The notes under the pieces: model-generated
Told to the model about the DNA's origin: nothing
The model's database searches: none
What the model saw: only the letters and a program-made list of their open reading frames with translations
Made by a program: the position numbers and the translations under genes
Shown: positions 59,342 through 64,000 of the stretch, piece after piece
Position numbering within the stretch: position 1 is the first letter of the stretch
How the letters are laid out: every line of letters begins with the position of its first letter
Assembly: GCA_030740795.1 (NCBI GenBank)
Contig: JASLWO010000028.1
Coordinates: 8,223 to 72,222 of the forward strand
Length of the DNA stretch: 64,000 nt
From: Acidimicrobiales bacterium
GTDB taxonomy: Bacteria; Actinomycetota; Acidimicrobiia; Acidimicrobiales; UBA8592
Direction: 5' to 3'

Positions 59342-61093
59342 ATGAGTAACACAGACCTTAAGAAGATTATTTCTGAATTAGAAGAAGAAATTTCGGGTAT
59401 GCGCGCCCACGTAGAATCCCTAAGGGAACGCAACACAAAACTTACAGAGTCAAACTCTTTAGCCCCCAAACGCATAGCTCTACTTGAAAGCAGATTGAAG
59501 GAAGCTAAAGCATTGTTGGCTAAAGCTGCCGGCGAAAATCAAAAACTAACAAATCTGCTAGGCGAAACTCGGGATCAGATAACTTCCTTAAAAGTTGAAG
59601 TAGAGAAATTAAGCCAACCACCAGTGGGCTACGGAACTTTCCTTGGAGTTAATGAAGACGGAACAGTTGATATTGATTCCTCAGGTAGAAAATTGCGAGT
59701 AAATACTCATCCCGAAATAGATGTAGCTTCTTTAGTACAAGGACAGGAAGTTGCTTTAAATGAGTCATTGAACGTGATCATAGAACGCGAAGGCGACAAC
59801 AGCGGAGAGATCGTAACGCTAATTGAAATCCTTCGTGGAGGGGAAAGAGCACTTGTTAAAGGGCGGGCCGATCAAGAGTACGTTATGCACTTGTCTTCCG
59901 ACTTGCAACAAGTCAACCTCAAACCTGGATCTACGCTGCTTTCAGCTAACAAGACAAATCTTTTGATTGAAGAAATTTCGAGACCTGAGTTCCAACAACA
60001 TCTTCTTTATGAAATGCCAGATACCACATACTTGGATATAGGAGGCTTAGACACTCAAATTGAACAGATCAAAGATGCTATTGAATTGCCGTTTATGCAT
60101 CCGGAGTTGTATGAGGAACACAAACTACATTCCCCTAAAGGAATCCTTCTTTACGGTCCTCCGGGTTGCGGGAAGACCCTGATTGCTAAAGCGATCGCTA
60201 ACTCTTTAGCAAAAAAAGTTAACCAACCAATGTCTAGCGGACCAGTGAAAAGTTATTTCTTCAATATCAAGGGTCCAGAACTGCTGAATAAGTTTGTTGG
60301 AGAAACGGAACGACAGATCCGTCTAATATTTGAACAAGCCAGAGAAATATCAAAGGAAGGCTGGCCAGTAATAATCTTCTTTGATGAGATGGAATCGCTT
60401 TACCGGATTCGTGGAAGTGGAATAAGTTCAGATATGGAATCCACAATCGTTCCGCAATTGTTGGCTGAATTGGATGGAGTTGAAGCACTCAATAATGTTG
60501 TAGTTATTGGAGCTTCGAACAGAGAGGATTTGATTGACCCAGCTATATTGCGACCTGGACGGCTTGACATCAAAATTCGTATAGATCGCCCAACTCAGGA
60601 CGCGGCAATTTCAATTTTTTCACACTATCTAACCTCCAACATCCCTATCGCTCCTATAGCTATTGAAGAACTAGGTGGGGGAGATATAGACAAAGCTGTA
60701 CGAGTAATGATCGAAAAAACAGTTGATGAGATGTACGCGATGGAAGAACGAAATGAATTCCTTGAAGTCACATATCAAAATGGCGATAAACAAATCATGT
60801 ACTTTAAGGATTTTGCTTCAGGCGCCATGATAGAAAATATTGTCCGCCGTTCAAAAAAATTAGCTATTAAACGCCTTATTGAAACCAAAGAGAAGGGAAT
60901 GCTTCTTGAAGACCTTTTGAATTCAATTAGAGAAGAATTCAATGAACAAGAAGATCTTCCCAATACGACCAACCCCGACGATTGGGCAAAAATTTCGGGC
61001 AAAAAGGGAGAACGAATAACGTATATTCGCACGTTGCTAAATACTGAATCTCCACCAGCATCCAGACAGAACGCTGCAGGGCAGTATTTGTAG
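59342..61093 (+). CDS. arc: Proteasome-associated ATPase ARC/Mpa
   Basis: N-terminal coiled coil, GPPGCGKT, FFDEM, PNTTNPDDWA, C-terminal GQYL; start ATG 59342. Confidence 0.96.
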   Translation: MSNTDLKKIISELEEEISGMRAHVESLRERNTKLTESNSLAPKRIALLESRLKEAKALLAKAAGENQKLTNLLGETRDQITSLKVEVEKLSQPPVGYGTFLGVNEDGTVDIDSSGRKLRVNTHPEIDVASLVQGQEVALNESLNVIIEREGDNSGEIVTLIEILRGGERALVKGRADQEYVMHLSSDLQQVNLKPGSTLLSANKTNLLIEEISRPEFQQHLLYEMPDTTYLDIGGLDTQIEQIKDAIELPFMHPELYEEHKLHSPKGILLYGPPGCGKTLIAKAIANSLAKKVNQPMSSGPVKSYFFNIKGPELLNKFVGETERQIRLIFEQAREISKEGWPVIIFFDEMESLYRIRGSGISSDMESTIVPQLLAELDGVEALNNVVVIGASNREDLIDPAILRPGRLDIKIRIDRPTQDAAISIFSHYLTSNIPIAPIAIEELGGGDIDKAVRVMIEKTVDEMYAMEERNEFLEVTYQNGDKQIMYFKDFASGAMIENIVRRSKKLAIKRLIETKEKGMLLEDLLNSIREEFNEQEDLPNTTNPDDWAKISGKKGERITYIRTLLNTESPPASRQNAAGQYL

Positions 61094-61096
61094 ATA

Positions 61097-62614
61097 ATGG
61101 CGATCCCAAAAATTTGTGGAATTGAAACAGAATATGCAATTATCCATCGTGGAATATCAGAACAGAATCCTGTCCATGCTTCTTCGATTCTGGTTAACGC
61201 TTATGGGCAGCGTTATAAAATAGCAGAAGATACCGGAGTGGCTCCAAGAGTCAACTGGGACTTTCAAGATGAAACACCTGGAAATGATGTTCGCGGCATT
61301 GCCCCGATGGGGTCTATGCCACCGATAGTAGAAACCCATTTGGTAAACGCAGTGCTCACTAATGGATCTCGGTTCTACGTAGATCACGCTCACCCCGAAT
61401 TGTCAACACCGGAGTGCTCAAACGCACTTGAAGTTACACAGTATGACAAAAGTGGTGAGATTATCCTTCAGAAAGCAATGGAATATGTAAACGAGACTTT
61501 GCCAGAAGATGAAGAAATTATCGTCTATAAGGACAACTCTGATGGGAAAGGCAACTCTTACGGCTGCCATGAGAACTACCTTATGGATAGGTCAACTCCA
61601 TTTGGAGATATCATCTGCCACGCAACTGCGCACTTTGTAAGTAGGCAGATTTTCACTGGTTCAGGAAAAATCGGATGTGAGATTCCTGGTAACGATCCCA
61701 ATAGTATCTCCTTCCAAATAACGCAAAGAGCGGATTTTTTTGAAGAGGAAGTTGGACTGGAAACAACACTCAAACGACCAATCATTAATACCAGAGATGA
61801 ACCGCACGCTGATGCTTCGAAGTATCGGCGTCTACATGTTATTTGCGGAGATGCAAACATGAGCGAAACAGCGACTTTCCTTAAAGTTGGCTCTACAGCC
61901 ATAGTCCTAGCAATGATTGAAGATAACTACTTCAAAAGAAAATACCGATTCCACAATCCCGTTGCGTCTATGCGCCAAGTTTCTCATGATCTGTCCCTTC
62001 AATCCCCGATAAGGCTAAAGGACGATTCAATGATAACTGCGCTGGAACTCCAGTGGGAGATATTCTGTAGTGCTAAACAATACGTTGAAAATGGAGGTGA
62101 TGAATCAACCGGAGGAAAAGTCGCCCATAAGATTATTGACACTTGGGAACATGTCTTAAATGGACTTGAGGAAAACCCAAATTCTTTGCATAAAGAAATT
62201 GATTGGATAAGTAAAAAAATTCTTCTAGAGCGATACTCAGAAAGGCGAAAAGTCTCTTTCTTTGACCCTAAAGTCAGGTCATTGGCAGTGCAATATCATG
62301 ACATACGCCGAGAAAAAAATATCACAAGCAAGTTAGGTCTGAAGAATATAATAACCAGTGAAGAAGCTGAATACGGTGTTATAAATCCTCCAACTTCCAC
62401 GCGAGCTTACTTCCGAGGTCTATGTCTTATGAAATGGCCAGAATCGGTAGTTTCAGCAAATTGGGATTCCATCGTTTTTAAGCTTGATGACGATCAACTC
62501 CGACGTATCCCACTACTTGAACCAACAGCAGGAACTGCCGAAAAAGTAGAACACATTTTGAAGAGGTGTGATACTCCTGCTGAGCTAATTTTTGCAATAG
62601 AAAATCATGAATGA
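61097..62614 (+). CDS. dop: Depupylase/deamidase Dop
   Basis: GIETEY, NGSRFYVDHAHPE, SYGCHENY, RRLHVI.GD, ANWDS. Confidence 0.94.
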   Translation: MAIPKICGIETEYAIIHRGISEQNPVHASSILVNAYGQRYKIAEDTGVAPRVNWDFQDETPGNDVRGIAPMGSMPPIVETHLVNAVLTNGSRFYVDHAHPELSTPECSNALEVTQYDKSGEIILQKAMEYVNETLPEDEEIIVYKDNSDGKGNSYGCHENYLMDRSTPFGDIICHATAHFVSRQIFTGSGKIGCEIPGNDPNSISFQITQRADFFEEEVGLETTLKRPIINTRDEPHADASKYRRLHVICGDANMSETATFLKVGSTAIVLAMIEDNYFKRKYRFHNPVASMRQVSHDLSLQSPIRLKDDSMITALELQWEIFCSAKQYVENGGDESTGGKVAHKIIDTWEHVLNGLEENPNSLHKEIDWISKKILLERYSERRKVSFFDPKVRSLAVQYHDIRREKNITSKLGLKNIITSEEAEYGVINPPTSTRAYFRGLCLMKWPESVVSANWDSIVFKLDDDQLRRIPLLEPTAGTAEKVEHILKRCDTPAELIFAIENHE

Positions 62615-62663
62615 ATGACTTACGCCATGCAGGGGAGTAGGGTATTCCCAGATGGGAGTCTAA

Positions 62664-62876
62664 ATGGCCGAACAAGAATACTTTGAAAACAAACGAGACA
62701 CCGACAATGAGTCTGACTCGGGCACACAGTCTCATACCGATTCTCCAGCACTGAATAATACCCCTACATCAGAACTAGCGAGCGAGTTAGATGATCTTCT
62801 AGACGAAATTGATACAGTTCTTGAGTCCAATGCTGAAGAATTCGTAAAATCTTATGTTCAAAAAGGTGGACAGTAG
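62664..62876 (+). CDS. pup: Prokaryotic ubiquitin-like protein Pup
   Basis: DDLLDEIDTVLESNAEEFVKSYVQKGGQ; the GGQ end needs Dop deamidation. Confidence 0.97.
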   Translation: MAEQEYFENKRDTDNESDSGTQSHTDSPALNNTPTSELASELDDLLDEIDTVLESNAEEFVKSYVQKGGQ

Positions 62877-62909
62877 CCGACTTGCACGCATTGCAGATAC
62901 CCTTACTTT

Positions 62910-63701
62910 GTGACTCTGCCGCGTTTCTCTCCTGAAAATGATCCAGGTCCAGACTTCTCTGCCCTGATAGATAAGTATGGAATGCCTGCGATAAGCAGCC
63001 AAGGAATTATAGAAAACCTTCCCCACGGAACCACTTGCGTTGCAATTAAATACAACGATGGAGTTGTACTCGCGGGAGATCGGCGGGCTACCAGCGGTCA
63101 TCATATTAGTTTTCGAACTATTGAAAAAGTTTTCCAATCTGATTCACATTCTGGGGTCGCTATTTCAGGAGCTGCCGGACCTGCTGTTGAAATGGTTAAG
63201 CTTTTCCAACTTCAATTGGAACATTACGAGAAAGTAGAAGGCAATTCATTAAGCCTTGAAGGTAAAGCCAACCAGTTAGGTAACATGATCAGGCAAAACT
63301 TACCTGCAGCTATGCAAGGTCTTGCAGTAGTACCAATATTTGCTGGATATGATTTACGAGAAAATGCTGGACGTATTTTCCAATACGATGTCACCGGGGG
63401 GCGATTTGAGGAAGCCGCTTTCGCGACTACAGGATCGGGAAGTCTCCATGCGACCACAGTAATAAAAATGGGATTCAAGGATAAATTGAATCAGCAAGAT
63501 GCAGTTGCTCTTGCAGCCAATGCAATTTTTGAAGCTTCAGATGAAGACTCCGCGACAGGAGGTCCGGATCTCATACGAGACCTTTTCCCAACGATTGCTG
63601 TAATAAAGGCAAACGGTTTTGAAATGATCTCTCATGACAAAGTCGTCACTACGTTTACGGAAATAATTAACTCACGTAAAGAACAAAATGGAGGTACGTA
63701 G
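62910..63701 (+). CDS. prcB: 20S proteasome beta subunit
   Basis: Propeptide then HG|TT, AGDRRAT, GSGS, DSATGG. Confidence 0.96.
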   Translation: MTLPRFSPENDPGPDFSALIDKYGMPAISSQGIIENLPHGTTCVAIKYNDGVVLAGDRRATSGHHISFRTIEKVFQSDSHSGVAISGAAGPAVEMVKLFQLQLEHYEKVEGNSLSLEGKANQLGNMIRQNLPAAMQGLAVVPIFAGYDLRENAGRIFQYDVTGGRFEEAAFATTGSGSLHATTVIKMGFKDKLNQQDAVALAANAIFEASDEDSATGGPDLIRDLFPTIAVIKANGFEMISHDKVVTTFTEIINSRKEQNGGT

Positions 63702-64000
63702 ATGAGTATGCCTTTCTATGTATCCCCTGAGCAAATGATGGAAGACCGAGCTGACTATGCTCGTAAGGGAATAGCGCGGGGTAGAGCGCTAATCGCTCTG
63801 AGTTATAAAAAAGGCATATTGATTGTCGCTGAGAATCCCTCTAACACGCTTTATAAAATTAGTGAAATTTATGACCGGATTGCCTTTGCTGGAGTCGGTA
63901 AATACAACGAATTTGACCAATTGCGAATTGCTGGAGTTCGTCACGCTGATTTGAAGGGCTATTCGTTTAGTCGAGAAGACGTTGATGCAAGAAATCTAGC
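63702..64000 (+). CDS. prcA: 20S proteasome alpha subunit (3' end outside window)
   Basis: [28 protein letters not shown]...KISEIYDRI. Confidence 0.95.
   Translation, partial: MSMPFYVSPEQMMEDRADYARKGIARGRALIALSYKKGILIVAENPSNTLYKISEIYDRIAFAGVGKYNEFDQLRIAGVRHADLKGYSFSREDVDARNL

Noticed and set aside
871-63478. Numerous 60-135 aa antisense or overlapping ORFs in the ORF track
   Set aside because: They lie opposite or within well-supported genes and have no recognisable motifs; treated as shadow ORFs.
58158-64000. Pup-proteasome locus as a novel system
   Set aside because: trmI-ferredoxin-arc-dop-pup-prcB-prcA is a well-known actinobacterial arrangement with canonical motifs.

Overview
A 64-kb, gene-dense, moderate-GC chromosomal segment of an actinobacterium. 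The Pup-proteasome locus, FbiC, class II DAHP synthase, TrmI and DUF3151 point to Actinomycetota; the low GC and compact gene packing suggest a streamlined, probably marine Acidimicrobiia lineage (inference). It holds about 60 mostly housekeeping CDSs: TCA and pentose-phosphate enzymes, gltBD, trkA-trkH-trkH, a K+-dependent membrane pyrophosphatase, lepA/dnaJ/rpsT/holA and arc-dop-pup-prcB-prcA. There is one tRNA-Ala(GGC). I saw no mobile element or CRISPR array. Most notable: (1) a ~410-nt ORF-free, highly structured minus-strand RNA candidate (40663-41075) with its own promoter, terminator, repeated UUAG-loop hairpins and an upstream phased array of DnaA-box-like sites; (2) a TetR-linked operon (fatty acyl-CoA reductase-HAD fusion, LarA-like protein, acyltransferase) that looks like an ether-lipid/fatty-alcohol pathway, whose operator recurs 30 kb away; (3) a ~235-nt multi-hairpin leader on a sigma-70 gene; (4) a collapsed rsmE pseudogene; (5) a DacB homologue lacking its catalytic motifs; (6) small Cys-rich ORFs; (7) widespread leaderless gene architecture.
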